A stretch of DNA of 64,000 nt from Candidatus Ozemobacteraceae bacterium (GCA_965140445.1 OZ223236.1:2240001-2304000), one strand, 5' to 3'; positions 9,983-20,839 are shown, counted from the first letter of the stretch. Translations and numbers: made by a program. The notes: a model not told the origin generated them from the sequence alone.

Positions 9983-10798
9983 ATGCTGCAGGAATTTTCC
10001 TATCTTGCACCTAAGGACCTGAAAGATCTATATGCTCTGCTGAAAAAGAACTCTGGAAAGGCTTTGATTTTAGCTGGTGGAACAGATCTTATGGTAGAAT
10101 TACACAATAACTGGATCGCACCTGAGATGCTGATCGATATCAAGAAAATAAAGGAACTTCAGGGAATCAAATTTGATTCTAAGAAGGGCCTATATATTGG
10201 TGCAACTACCGTTTGCATCGATTTGATTAATGACAAAAATGTGAAAAAGCATTATCCGCTACTTGCGGATGCTGCTTCTAGAATTGGTTCTCCTCAATTG
10301 AGGAACCGAGCCACAATAGCTGGCAATCTTTGCACCGCTTCTCCATGTGCTGATATGGGCTGTTCTCTTCTTGCCCTTGGAGCACAGGTTGAGTTGGGTT
10401 CTGCAAAGGGTGTTAGAACCATTCCAATGAAAGATTTTTTCACTGGACCCAAGAAAACCAAGATGCACGCGGACGAAGTTTTGCTGAGAATCTTTGTACC
10501 AATTGAAATGGCTGGAGCCAAATTTGGTATGAAAAAACTCAAAAGAATTAAAGGCCACGACATTGCTCTTGTAAGTGTTGCTATGGCAAGAACAAAGAAT
10601 GTGATGCGCGTTGGCGTAGGCTCTTGTGGCCCGACTCCAGTTGTTACAGATGCTTTGCCAGCGGATTCCAAAGTTGAAGACGTTAAAAAAGCGGTTCTTA
10701 AAATAGTATCTCCAATAGACGATGTTCGCGCATCAAGAGAATACAGATTGTTCATGACGGAAAATTATATCGAAAAAATTTATCCGTCATTATTCTAA
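9983..10798 (+). CDS. Xanthine dehydrogenase/CoxM-family FAD-binding subunit
   Basis: LAGGTDL, QLRNRATIAGNL..ASP, PIDDVRASREYR. Confidence 0.93.
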   Translation: MLQEFSYLAPKDLKDLYALLKKNSGKALILAGGTDLMVELHNNWIAPEMLIDIKKIKELQGIKFDSKKGLYIGATTVCIDLINDKNVKKHYPLLADAASRIGSPQLRNRATIAGNLCTASPCADMGCSLLALGAQVELGSAKGVRTIPMKDFFTGPKKTKMHADEVLLRIFVPIEMAGAKFGMKKLKRIKGHDIALVSVAMARTKNVMRVGVGSCGPTPVVTDALPADSKVEDVKKAVLKIVSPIDDVRASREYRLFMTENYIEKIYPSLF

Positions 10799-10816
10799 TA
10801 AAGAAAGGAGCAGGAA

Positions 10817-11302
10817 ATGAAAATCTCTTTAACCGTTAATGGTAAGAAATATACAAGGGATGCTTCTGAAACTAAGAATTTACTGCACTTTCTTAGAGAA
10901 GACCTTGGCTTAACCGGCACAAAAGAAGGTTGTGGGGCCGGCGAATGCGGCGCTTGCACTGTTGTTATGGATGGCAAGCCTGTAAACTCATGTCTGGTTT
11001 TGGCTGTTGAAGCTGACGGATGCAAACTTCAAACTATCGAAGGCGAAGCAAAGAATGGAAAGCTTTCAAAGCTTCAGCAATCCTTCCATAAAAATCATGC
11101 AGTTCAATGCGGTTTCTGCACTCCTGGAATGATCATGTCGATCAAATGCCTGTTAGACAAAAATGGCAAACCCAATGAGCATGAAATCAAAGAGGCAATT
11201 GAAGGGAACTTCTGCCGCTGCACAGGTTATCAGCAGATCGTAGAGGCCGTTCAAGACGTAACTGGCCAACTTAAGAAAAAGGAGGGACTGAAACGTGCGT
11301 GA
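10817..11302 (+). CDS. Xanthine dehydrogenase/CoxS-family (2Fe-2S) subunit
   Basis: [29 protein letters not shown]. Confidence 0.95.
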   Translation: MKISLTVNGKKYTRDASETKNLLHFLREDLGLTGTKEGCGAGECGACTVVMDGKPVNSCLVLAVEADGCKLQTIEGEAKNGKLSKLQQSFHKNHAVQCGFCTPGMIMSIKCLLDKNGKPNEHEIKEAIEGNFCRCTGYQQIVEAVQDVTGQLKKKEGLKRA

Positions 11303-13781
11303 AAATACACCTAAAAAGGATTTAAAAGTTGTTGGTAAAGGCGTTGAGCGTATTGATGCAGTTGAGAAATTAACTGGTCAGGCCCTTTATACAGCAGATC
11401 TTGATTTTGCCGGCATGCTTCATGGAAAAATCCTCAGAAGCCCTTATGCAAAAGCAAAAATTAAAAAAATTGATGTTTCCAAAGCAAAAAAACTTGAAGG
11501 CGTTCACGCCGTTCTAACCGGAAAAGACCTGAACAACCTTGTTGGACTCTATCTGGTTGATAAATACATTCTTGCTAAAGATACTACCAAGCACTTTGGT
11601 GAGGCTGTGGCGGCCGTTGCTGCTGAATCCACAACCATCGCCCAAAAAGCTCTCGATTTAATTGATATTGAATTTGAGGAACTTACGCCTTTCCTTGAGC
11701 CAAAGCAGGTTTTTGATAAGAAAGCGCCTTTGGTTCACCCTGATCTGGGCACATACAGCTATGTAAAGGAAGTTTTTACTCCAATTCCTGGAACCAATAT
11801 TGCTAACCACACAAAATTGCGTAAAGGCGATGTTGATGCGGGTTTCAAAGAAGCTGACATGATTATTGAGCGCGAGTATACTAACCCTAATGTTCAGCAC
11901 GTTCCGATGGAAACTCACATCGCGGTAGGCAAGTGGGATATGGGCGACAAAATAACTATTCATACTTCTGCTCAGTCGCCGTTCACCGTCCGAAACCTGT
12001 TTGCTCATTCTTTTGGAATACCCCATTGCAACATCAGAGTAATTACTCCTTATGTTGGTGGTGGTTTTGGCGGAAAAGCCGGAATCCATCTTGAGCCCCT
12101 TGCTTGCTGTCTTTCTAAGATGGCTGGTGGAAGGCCTGTTCGTATCCAGGCAACACGCGAGGAGGAATTCAGCCTTCTTCCATGCCGTTCAGGTCTAACC
12201 TATCACATCAAAACTGGTGTAAAGAAGAACGGTAAAATCGTTGCTCAGAAAATGACAATGTATTGGGATGCCGGTGCTTATGCCGATTACGCTGTAAACG
12301 TGACCAGAGCTTCTGGTTTCTCAGCTTCCGGACCTTATGAAATTCCTAACGCATGGGTTGATGCTTACACTGTTTACACCAACAAGCCTTTCGGAACCGC
12401 TTATCGCGGATTTGGCCATGTTGAATTCAGCTGGGGCATGGAAAGACACATGAACTATGTGGCTAAACACCTCAATGTTGATCCTTATGAATTCCGTAAG
12501 ATCAACGCTCTTAAAGCTGGTTCAAAGACCATGACAGGCGAAGAGATCATTGAAAATACTGGTAACGTAACCAAATGTATGGATGCGGTTGCCAAATCAA
12601 TCAATTACGGAAAACTTACAGCCGCTGAAAAGGCCCGCGAGAAAAAGACTGGTCTTAAAATCGGAAAATCTGTTGTAGCACTGCAAAAGGCTCCAGCAAT
12701 GCCCCCGTTTACCGGAACAGTTCTGATACTCAAAATGAACGAAGATGCCACTGTTACGGCGAGTCATGCGCTTACCGACTATGGCATGGGCACCTATACT
12801 TCATTGGCGCAGATCATCGCTGAAGTGCTTCGCTTCCCGGTAGAGAGAGTTAGAATTCCGATTGAAAATGACACTGATCGCGATCCTTATGATTGGCAGA
12901 CAGTTGCTTCCAAAGGCCTTCTTCTTTCTGGAAATGCCGCGATCATGGCTGCAGAAGACCTCCTTTCCAAGGCTTACGATGTTGCTTCCAGAGCGTTGAG
13001 AGCTCAGACTTGTGATCTCGATCATGATAGTGAAAAGGTATTCGTTAAGCACCATCCACAAAGTTTTGTAACCTTCAAACAGATGGCCGTTGGCTACGCT
13101 TTCCCTAATGGAAACGCTATTTGCGGACCTCTTGTAGGTATGGGACGTTACATAGCTCAAGGCTTAACGAATCTAAATAAAGAAACAGGGCAGGGGAATC
13201 CAGCTCTGGACTGGACTTATGGCGCACACGGTTTGACTGTAGAAGTTGATGAGAAAACTGGCGAATTCAATATCATTAAGGTTGCTTCCTGCTATGATGT
13301 TGGGCGCGTAATTAATGAAGCTTCTGTCAGAGGCCAGGCCATCGGCGGAATGATCCAGGGACTTGGTACTGCAATGTGTGAAGGTTATATCTATAACGAT
13401 AAAGGTCAACTGATGAATCCTTCGTTTACAGATAATAAAATTCCTACAAGCCTTGATATTCCAGAAGAGATTGAATGTATTGCCGTGGAAACTCCGCAGA
13501 TTGATGGACCATACGGTGCCAGAGGTGTGGGCGAACATTCAATGATCGCTGTTTGTGGTGCTCTTGGAAATGCTATCGAAGAGGCTGTTGGAGCAGACTT
13601 GCTTCATATGCCTATTAGGCAGCAGGATGTCTGGAAAGCGTTGCAGAATAAAGGAACTAAGGCTGTTGCAACTAAAGCAAAGGCAGCAAAAAAGCCAGCA
13701 AAAGCGACTAAAGCTTCAAAAGCTGTTGCCAAAGCCCCAAAAAAAACTGCAAAATCAGCAAAAAAAACTACTAAAAAGTAG
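11295..13781 (+). CDS. Xanthine dehydrogenase-family molybdopterin-binding large subunit with Ala/Lys-rich C-terminal tail
   Basis: [29 protein letters not shown] start overlapping the upstream stop. Confidence 0.93.
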   Translation: MRENTPKKDLKVVGKGVERIDAVEKLTGQALYTADLDFAGMLHGKILRSPYAKAKIKKIDVSKAKKLEGVHAVLTGKDLNNLVGLYLVDKYILAKDTTKHFGEAVAAVAAESTTIAQKALDLIDIEFEELTPFLEPKQVFDKKAPLVHPDLGTYSYVKEVFTPIPGTNIANHTKLRKGDVDAGFKEADMIIEREYTNPNVQHVPMETHIAVGKWDMGDKITIHTSAQSPFTVRNLFAHSFGIPHCNIRVITPYVGGGFGGKAGIHLEPLACCLSKMAGGRPVRIQATREEEFSLLPCRSGLTYHIKTGVKKNGKIVAQKMTMYWDAGAYADYAVNVTRASGFSASGPYEIPNAWVDAYTVYTNKPFGTAYRGFGHVEFSWGMERHMNYVAKHLNVDPYEFRKINALKAGSKTMTGEEIIENTGNVTKCMDAVAKSINYGKLTAAEKAREKKTGLKIGKSVVALQKAPAMPPFTGTVLILKMNEDATVTASHALTDYGMGTYTSLAQIIAEVLRFPVERVRIPIENDTDRDPYDWQTVASKGLLLSGNAAIMAAEDLLSKAYDVASRALRAQTCDLDHDSEKVFVKHHPQSFVTFKQMAVGYAFPNGNAICGPLVGMGRYIAQGLTNLNKETGQGNPALDWTYGAHGLTVEVDEKTGEFNIIKVASCYDVGRVINEASVRGQAIGGMIQGLGTAMCEGYIYNDKGQLMNPSFTDNKIPTSLDIPEEIECIAVETPQIDGPYGARGVGEHSMIAVCGALGNAIEEAVGADLLHMPIRQQDVWKALQNKGTKAVATKAKAAKKPAKATKASKAVAKAPKKTAKSAKKTTKK

Positions 13782-13800
13782 ACTGAACTAACTTTGCACA

Positions 13801-13838
13801 AAAGGGGTCGGCTGGTTGGCCGGCCCCTTATTTTATTT
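13801..13838 (+). terminator. Rho-independent terminator after the molybdoenzyme operon
   Basis: AAGGGGTCGGCTG-GT-TGGCCGGCCCCTT stem followed by a T-rich tract. Confidence 0.75.
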
Positions 13839-13873
13839 GCGAGTTTATAATTTTGGTTTTGGATGAAATCTAG

Positions 13874-14668
13874 ATGGAATTTAGTATCAGGTCAGATAGT
13901 TGGATTAACCTGAAAGAACCTTTGATCGGAACTGTTACGAGGGTCTTTAATCACGGTTTTGATGCACATTTTGCTGGAAATTTTGAGTTTAAAAATTTTC
14001 CTGTTTTTTTTACCCAAAATGTATTGAACATACATCCGCTGGCTATAAAAGTACCTTTATGGGTGCAAGGATTGGCAGAAGAAAAACTTCCGATAAGGAT
14101 TTCCCAAAATGAGTTACAAATAGGGGAAAAAATAGTTTCTAGAGGCCCAGATATAGTTGCTGCAAAAGAATTTTGTGTGGATTTGGAGGCGGTTGGAAAT
14201 AATCATAAAATTCTGGCAGATTTTTTAAACGAATCGGGCAGGGAATCTTATGTTAAAACAGAATTGAGCCTTGATTTGGCCAGTTCAGAATTAAGAAAAT
14301 TTGTTTCACATTATTCTGTAGAGAGTCGGTTGGAAATTCCCATGCAGCTTGTAGGAAAAGGGGAAGGTTTGACTCCCGCTTCAGACGATTTTCTTAGTGC
14401 ATTCATCATTCTCGATCGCTTAGCAGGGAAAAATAAAATTGTATTAGATTCATCATGGCTGCAATTTGCATCCAGAAAAACTACTTTCCAGTCCGTTTTG
14501 CAATATATGTTTGCTGGAAGTGGGTTATCAACTATTGGGTTTGAGATGCTGGTTAAAAAATTTTTACAACAGCAAGTTTGCAGACATGAATTATTTCAAC
14601 AGCTAAAAATAGGCCATTCTTCTGGCTCAGACATGCTTTATGGGGTTTTGAACTTCCCGATTTTTTAA
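13874..14668 (+). CDS. DUF2877 (AllH/YahE-like) family protein
   Basis: LVGKGEGLTPASDDFL, TT..S and GHSSGSDMLYG motifs characteristic of DUF2877. Confidence 0.8.
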   Translation: MEFSIRSDSWINLKEPLIGTVTRVFNHGFDAHFAGNFEFKNFPVFFTQNVLNIHPLAIKVPLWVQGLAEEKLPIRISQNELQIGEKIVSRGPDIVAAKEFCVDLEAVGNNHKILADFLNESGRESYVKTELSLDLASSELRKFVSHYSVESRLEIPMQLVGKGEGLTPASDDFLSAFIILDRLAGKNKIVLDSSWLQFASRKTTFQSVLQYMFAGSGLSTIGFEMLVKKFLQQQVCRHELFQQLKIGHSSGSDMLYGVLNFPIF

Positions 14669-14927
14669 AATTGTAAAAAAATAGGGCGCTTATGTCTGAA
14701 GTGCGACACAGTCATTATTGACTAATCTGGATTGGAAGATTAAAAAACAAGTATTTTGGTAAGTGCATTTTTGACTGATAAATGTTCTTATATAGCCTTT
14801 TGAGGGAGTATTATGAGGTGAGAATCTTTTATAAATTTGCTCTAAAAGAAAATTATTTTAGGATATAATTAAGTTGGCATCATTCATGCATTCTACTGTT
14901 AGTTGAATAAGAGGCGTCTTTGGGGGA

Positions 14928-15614
14928 ATGATAATGATTTACAGAATCTTTTTGTGTTTATCTATTTTTTTGTGTTTATTTAGTTTTACCAGCTTAAATG
15001 CCATGGAAATAGGCTTTGTGGACTCGCGACTATGCTTTCTTTCTCACAGAGCTTTTAGAGACTTTGATTGGCAAAGTAGACGGTTTTTTAATACCATTTC
15101 AGCCCCAATCAAAGACTTTTCAGGCGAATTTCTTTTACTTAAAAAGAAGGAGCAGATTGCCCTTTCTGATCAAAAGAAAATAGAAAAAGAGATTAGCAAA
15201 AATCTTTCCAATAAAGGTTTGGTTAATGCGCTATGGGAAAAGAGAAGAAAGATTGCTGAAGAGCTTCAATATATTCAACAGCGAAGATTTATTTTAGAAA
15301 CTCTTAAAGATAGCGGGAAACTTGTTCCACCAGAGGAATCAACCTGGTGTACATTAAAAGCCATCGAAAACGATGTAAAATGGGTTTTTCAGGAACTCAA
15401 GGATCGAAAAGGCTTATCGGCTTTGCTGGATAGTTCTGTATTGGCGCCGACTCATCATCCAGAAGAACCACAGATGCATGTTTTAAGTCGAAAGTTAGAA
15501 ACTTTTCTTGCTGAGCCTACAAGTCTTGAAACAGAGGAATTTCTAACCTGGCTTAAAAATAGTAGAAGGTTTTGGCAAAGAAAAATTGCCTGCGCAATGC
15601 AATGCGCCTTTTAA
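14928..15614 (+). CDS. Secreted Skp/OmpH-like coiled-coil protein A1 (3' end probably frameshifted)
   Basis: Signal peptide; IGFVDSR..LSH...FD...RRF; coiled-coil; LSALLDSS. Paralog of 23669..24451; homology continues in the +1 frame after about 15585. Confidence 0.65.
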   Translation: MIMIYRIFLCLSIFLCLFSFTSLNAMEIGFVDSRLCFLSHRAFRDFDWQSRRFFNTISAPIKDFSGEFLLLKKKEQIALSDQKKIEKEISKNLSNKGLVNALWEKRRKIAEELQYIQQRRFILETLKDSGKLVPPEESTWCTLKAIENDVKWVFQELKDRKGLSALLDSSVLAPTHHPEEPQMHVLSRKLETFLAEPTSLETEEFLTWLKNSRRFWQRKIACAMQCAF

Positions 15615-15735
15615 ATATGGAGCAAAGGATTATACAGGGATTGCCATGTAATCTTGTTAAAAAGTTTTCAGTGAAAAAAGCATCAAACGGGAGTGATGAA
15701 GAAAGTGAAAAATAGAAAATTTTATATTTGCGCTA

Positions 15736-16662
15736 ATGATTTTTCTGGTTGCTGGTAGTTCGGCATTTGGCCAGACTCCCTTTGCCACTATTGATTACAG
15801 AACTTGCTTGGTTTTACATCCTGAAATGGCGACGTTTGACTTTGTTGCACAAAGGTTTTCGAGACCAAATCTAAAAAGAAACGATTCTTTAGTCATGGAG
15901 CAGGTTTATAAGAGTATGCAGGCAAAGCAAAAGTCTCTGGCTCCAAAAATAGAAGCACTTTTAGCCAAACAGGGTAAGCTTCAGGAAAATATGTCAAAGG
16001 CCAGATTGAATTGGACAACTATGGGAGCAAAGCTCGCGGGGCAAAACCTTTCAAAGAATGAAATTGAAAAAAGAATTGAAGAAACCCAAAATAGGGATCA
16101 GAAAAAGATTGATAAGATGCAACAGGAGTTTTCAGATATTGAAAATGAGATTGTTTCGCTTAAAGATTCAATCTGGCAGGATGTTTTTCTTACCAGAGCT
16201 GAGACTGTTAAAAAACTTGAGAAGATAATAGGGGAGCTTGACGCAGTTATAGCTGATACTTCAAAAGAATTAAAGGTTGCCTGTGTTATTGATGATACCC
16301 TTAACTCAAGCGAGACACCGGATGAAATTTTGAACCATATTCCTGAGAATACACCGCTTTGGGCAAATCCTGTTTATCAAACAATTTTAAAGTCTCCATT
16401 GCCTGAACCAAATACTTTTACAATTGCTAACCACTGGGCTCCATCTTTAATGAAATCAATTGAAAATCTCTCTTTCCAGTATTTGTCTCGTAGACAAGAT
16501 GTTGGGTCATTGGTTTCAACAATACGCCCCTCTAAGCTCTTTATTTCAGGAGGTTTGGATATTACTGAGAAAGTTTGCCGCTCAATATTCAAAAAGTATA
16601 AGTTTAATTCTTACCTCACAGAATCCCTGGTTAAAGGGATTAAGATGTTTCGTGAAAGGTAG
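15736..16662 (+). CDS. Secreted Skp/OmpH-like coiled-coil protein B1 (true start probably upstream)
   Basis: FATIDYR..LVLHPEM..FD, long coiled coil, VACVID, GGLDITEKV. Paralog of 24453..25508. Confidence 0.7.
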   Translation: MIFLVAGSSAFGQTPFATIDYRTCLVLHPEMATFDFVAQRFSRPNLKRNDSLVMEQVYKSMQAKQKSLAPKIEALLAKQGKLQENMSKARLNWTTMGAKLAGQNLSKNEIEKRIEETQNRDQKKIDKMQQEFSDIENEIVSLKDSIWQDVFLTRAETVKKLEKIIGELDAVIADTSKELKVACVIDDTLNSSETPDEILNHIPENTPLWANPVYQTILKSPLPEPNTFTIANHWAPSLMKSIENLSFQYLSRRQDVGSLVSTIRPSKLFISGGLDITEKVCRSIFKKYKFNSYLTESLVKGIKMFRER

Positions 16663-16668
16663 GCTTTT

Positions 16669-19600
16669 ATGAAAGTTAAAATTTTATTTGGAATTGTTCT
16701 GTTAGCTATTATTTTTCCAGCTTCTTTATTTGCCTTAAATGATTTTTATGAGCAAAACGGTGATGCATATCTTTTAATTGGAGATGGCCCAGTCCGTGGA
16801 ATTTATAAGCTGAACAATCTTGTTCCCGGAACAACGCCAAGCTACCTTTACGATGGCGGGAAAGCATTTAACTTATCTGCTTCAATGCTTTTTAGCTCTA
16901 CCACTAATTCTATAAAAAAAGAGCTTTGGACTTTTTCCTCAGATGGAACAACGGGCATGCATCTTTCAGATTCTCCTTTGATTCGTAAGTGCTTGACCAG
17001 TGTTCATGTTGCTCCTGATGGTCCCTATGATTCGGGGCTTCATAATAAGATTGTTCACATTCATCATAATTACCCAGGAAACACTGGCAGTGGTGTCGGA
17101 ATTCACGACAATAAAAGCTATCCTTCTCAATACACCAGTTCATATGGCTATCATGGAAACTGTTATCCTTGCACATGGTTTCCTAGCGCAGCACCTGGAC
17201 AGCCAGGATACTATCAGATTCAGAATGGACGATGGTATCACTCTGGAGATGATAACGATAAAATTAATAGTAACTTCACTTACCTCAGACCAGATTGGTA
17301 TGGAACTACCAGTCCAAACACTATTATAGGCGCATATAAGATGTACGGTTTTGTAAAGTGTATGGATGGAGCTGGTTTCCCAACCAGGGCAGGGTGGTGT
17401 CATAAATTAGTAAGAGAAACTGTTCAAGTTAATGAAGAAAATCTTAAACTTCTTAGTTATGACGTTGTTCTCAAAGCTGGCCCTTTCGATAGAGGAAAAG
17501 CTGGAAGCGTAGTTCTTGCCTCAACAAACACTAAAGATACATTGAATGAATGCGGCGATCCTTGTGCTCCTGGAACAGGCCCGGGAACGCCCATTCCCAC
17601 CGGGAATACTCCAATTCTAGATTGTCTGGTTTCTGGAGCAGGCCGGAGTTACATGTATACCAGAGATTATGGAACTCCAAATTATACTTTAAAATTAAAC
17701 AACGCTCCTTATACTTCCTCTACGATTGGTTTACCAAATGATCTTACCGCAGTTAAGATTGGCGTAAGTTCAAAAAATGCAACAACTGATTGGGTCTATA
17801 TTCTGGGGATAAACAAAATCAATGAATGGCTGGCACAGGCCAATGTTCCTTCAAGCGGTTTTTTAAAAGAACTTACCGATGTGGCAGTTTCAGACCAGTG
17901 GTGGCAGACAGGTGGAATTGTTTATGCATACGATAAAACAATTCCTCTGGTTTACACTTTTGTAAGAAATGAAACTGATGGAAAGCCATGTATTCCCGAT
18001 GTTGTGGATGTTTCTGGTTTCGCTGATTTACCTGATTCAATGGATGCCGACGGGTTCGGAAATCTTTATTTCGTTTCTACAAAGCGAGACCCTGAAAATG
18101 CCAAAGGCAAGGATGAACCTGTTTTTAAAGCCAGTCAAGCCTATGCCTATTTTAAGAAATCTACAATGGTGCCAAATTTATATAGGGCAAAATTTAAGCA
18201 GAACGTTTACAAAGGCGTGACCATGCTTAATTACTATAGCGGAAAATTTATGGATGCCAGTGGCGACATTTTGCTTGGTTCAAATTTGTTTGAACAGGAT
18301 TTCCTTTGTGATCCTGCAAAAATTGGGGATAAAAGCCAGTGGAGCCTATGTCCTGGAACTCTAAACAGAACTTCTGCAAAAGTTAGTGACCAATACAAGA
18401 CTGAGGTTGCGGTTATCAATGTTTGTACCCCTCCAAAAGTTACCGGAACCACTGCCAGTATTGATATTAATGGACCTTATGATAAGAACTTTAATAATGC
18501 TTTGACTCCTTATAATGATGCTACTCAGTATTTTTTCAGTGTTGAAAATGCCCCGGATTTTGATAACAACGGAGTAAATAGAAACGGCGAAGCTACGGAT
18601 GATCCAAATGGTAACAATTACATTGGCCGCTTCCCATCAACCACTGAAAGCAATCACCTTCTTTATTACTGGAAAGTTGTTCAAAAGAAAAACAGATATG
18701 GTGATCCGTTAGACAACGTCATTCTTGAAGGAAAAGTTGGAACAAAAGAGAATGTATTGCCAATTATGTTTGGACCTGGTGAATATGAGATCAGTGTGAA
18801 ATCTTCATTTAGATTTTATCAATATGACAAAATGCCTCGTGGTGTTCTTGCGGATAAAAAAGGTGATTACTTATCTGATCTGGTCTGGGCAAAGGCTCAA
18901 GATAATACCGAATGGGCAAAAACCAAGATTGTCGTTCAAACTTACGAGAATCCAAATTATCCTGGCGGATCCTGTGTAATAATGAGTGGAAAGCCAGACA
19001 ATCCTACTGGGACAAGCTACGATTATCATCCCAAATTAATTTCGGGCAATACTAGCTCTGAATCACTTCTGGAAAAGACTAATCCCGCTGATCCTATTGG
19101 AGAAAGCTTCGTAATCCCACAAATAAAAGGTGGGCAGGTATGGAGTTTTAAGGTTAGGGAAAATCTGGCCAACAAGAAGGCTGGTATAGATAGAATCGCA
19201 ACAATGCTTTTGTCTGATCCACCCAAGCCTGCTGAACCCCACAATAACCTTAGATGGTTAACTGACACTCCAAAATTTTCATGGAAAATTAGTCTGGAAG
19301 ATCCTTATAACAAATCAGCGACCTTAGTTAATATTTCCAAAGAAACAAATACTTCATATTTTTCTGTTGCAGCAGGAGACAACGCTTTTACCATTCCTTC
19401 AGAGCCCGGCAATTATATTCTGAGGGTTGATGCAAGTAGAGTCTATACTTATGATTACTTTGAAAAGACGTTTAAAACCCTTTCTAATGGTAGTGTTATT
19501 ACTGTTCCTGAGCAAAAGACAAAATATGTTCCAATTACTATTGGCTCGCAATGTAAGGTTTGTGTTTTAGACAATACTCCGCCTTCCAGCCAGCTGGCCG

Positions 19601-20835
19601 ACCTTTCAGGGACATTGCAAACTGCTATTGATATTTCTCCCAGGTATCTGTGGGGAACAACCGGGGAAAGTTTGACTAACAACAAAAATGGCAAAGCAAA
19701 CCCAGCTAAAGTTGTTTTGTGGACTGCTAATGATAATCCCTATGCCAATTTAACTACACATGCTAATCTTTCACCTTTGCTGGTGGACAAATACTTTGGA
19801 CTATCTCTTAAGCATAGTATTTCCAAATCAGTTGGAGCATTCAAGCATAACAACGCTATGGGTACAAGTATTCCAGATGGACTGACAGGTGCTTTGCTTA
19901 CAACAGCTAAAAACAAATATAGAAACACAGCCGACGGTGTAAGTAATAAAGCTCCAAATCTTGTAGAGCAAAAGCTTTATCATTACAGCGATTTACCTGC
20001 AGATTGTCCTCTTCCAAAGGTAAGAAGCTGGACTTATAGGAAATATTCAATGCCGGTAAGTGGAATGAACTATTTCCGTCAGGAAGGTTCCTCTTATTAT
20101 CCTGAAATGGCGTATCACTACGCAAATCAATTAAGCAGCTATGTAAATCTTAGATATGGTTTCAATCTAGTAGATTCCTCTGGAAATGCGGGTGGTGACT
20201 TTTTAGATGGTCAGATAGTTGTAAGGGATAACGACAGGCCATTGGCATTTATTCAGGCAAAAGATGATAAGAATACTAATAAACTTATGGTTGGCCCTTG
20301 TAATATATTGCCAACCCATGTAGACGGAAATTGGGCTTGTTTTGCCAAGAATACTGGTCAGTCTGAAGATGAGAACGGTGTCGAAAACTGGACTTTTACT
20401 GATATAAATAATCCCGGAAATTTATTCGGGGTAGATGCCAAGTATAAAATCGTTTCAGCACAAGCTTTTAGTCCAATACTGGCACAGAAAAATACAAACG
20501 AACCTTCAACTTTAGAGATAGATATTCCTGTTACCTTCGAGCCAAAGATGAACGACAATGTTGATAATGTTAAGATCAATAGTTGGGATCTTCGTGATGA
20601 ATCAGGAAACCTGATTAAGAACATTGGTTCTCAGGCTAAATATCTAAACATCTTCAGAGTTGCAGGGAACTATGTTATGGAATTAAATGTTCAGGATGAA
20701 GCGCTTGATTGGCCAGGCAATCCAGATTTGCCAAGAAATGCAAACAAGAAGCCGAATCTAAGAAAACTGAAAATTGTGATTCCAATTTCCTCTTCTCGCT
20801 TAAACATCAGAACTCTGGATAAATCTTATAAATAA
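16669..20835 (+). CDS. Giant secreted beta-rich protein (1388 aa), putative pilus-tip adhesin
   Basis: Signal peptide; Gly/Tyr/Asn/Thr/Pro-rich; PKD/Ig-like motifs (PGEYEISV, PGNYILRV, FRVAGNYVMELNVQD); adjacent to minor pilins; paralog of 25498..29577. Function is inferred. Confidence 0.7.
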   Translation: MKVKILFGIVLLAIIFPASLFALNDFYEQNGDAYLLIGDGPVRGIYKLNNLVPGTTPSYLYDGGKAFNLSASMLFSSTTNSIKKELWTFSSDGTTGMHLSDSPLIRKCLTSVHVAPDGPYDSGLHNKIVHIHHNYPGNTGSGVGIHDNKSYPSQYTSSYGYHGNCYPCTWFPSAAPGQPGYYQIQNGRWYHSGDDNDKINSNFTYLRPDWYGTTSPNTIIGAYKMYGFVKCMDGAGFPTRAGWCHKLVRETVQVNEENLKLLSYDVVLKAGPFDRGKAGSVVLASTNTKDTLNECGDPCAPGTGPGTPIPTGNTPILDCLVSGAGRSYMYTRDYGTPNYTLKLNNAPYTSSTIGLPNDLTAVKIGVSSKNATTDWVYILGINKINEWLAQANVPSSGFLKELTDVAVSDQWWQTGGIVYAYDKTIPLVYTFVRNETDGKPCIPDVVDVSGFADLPDSMDADGFGNLYFVSTKRDPENAKGKDEPVFKASQAYAYFKKSTMVPNLYRAKFKQNVYKGVTMLNYYSGKFMDASGDILLGSNLFEQDFLCDPAKIGDKSQWSLCPGTLNRTSAKVSDQYKTEVAVINVCTPPKVTGTTASIDINGPYDKNFNNALTPYNDATQYFFSVENAPDFDNNGVNRNGEATDDPNGNNYIGRFPSTTESNHLLYYWKVVQKKNRYGDPLDNVILEGKVGTKENVLPIMFGPGEYEISVKSSFRFYQYDKMPRGVLADKKGDYLSDLVWAKAQDNTEWAKTKIVVQTYENPNYPGGSCVIMSGKPDNPTGTSYDYHPKLISGNTSSESLLEKTNPADPIGESFVIPQIKGGQVWSFKVRENLANKKAGIDRIATMLLSDPPKPAEPHNNLRWLTDTPKFSWKISLEDPYNKSATLVNISKETNTSYFSVAAGDNAFTIPSEPGNYILRVDASRVYTYDYFEKTFKTLSNGSVITVPEQKTKYVPITIGSQCKVCVLDNTPPSSQLADLSGTLQTAIDISPRYLWGTTGESLTNNKNGKANPAKVVLWTANDNPYANLTTHANLSPLLVDKYFGLSLKHSISKSVGAFKHNNAMGTSIPDGLTGALLTTAKNKYRNTADGVSNKAPNLVEQKLYHYSDLPADCPLPKVRSWTYRKYSMPVSGMNYFRQEGSSYYPEMAYHYANQLSSYVNLRYGFNLVDSSGNAGGDFLDGQIVVRDNDRPLAFIQAKDDKNTNKLMVGPCNILPTHVDGNWACFAKNTGQSEDENGVENWTFTDINNPGNLFGVDAKYKIVSAQAFSPILAQKNTNEPSTLEIDIPVTFEPKMNDNVDNVKINSWDLRDESGNLIKNIGSQAKYLNIFRVAGNYVMELNVQDEALDWPGNPDLPRNANKKPNLRKLKIVIPISSSRLNIRTLDKSYK

Positions 20836-20839
20836 GAAA

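Noticed and set aside
9983..13781. Aerobic CO dehydrogenase (coxMSL order)
   Set aside because: The active-site loop is AYRGFG, not the form I AYxCSFR motif, and no cox accessory genes are present.
13555..13801. Short ORFs overlapping the end of the molybdoenzyme gene
   Set aside because: They are alternative-frame and antisense shadows of the low-complexity Ala/Lys tail.
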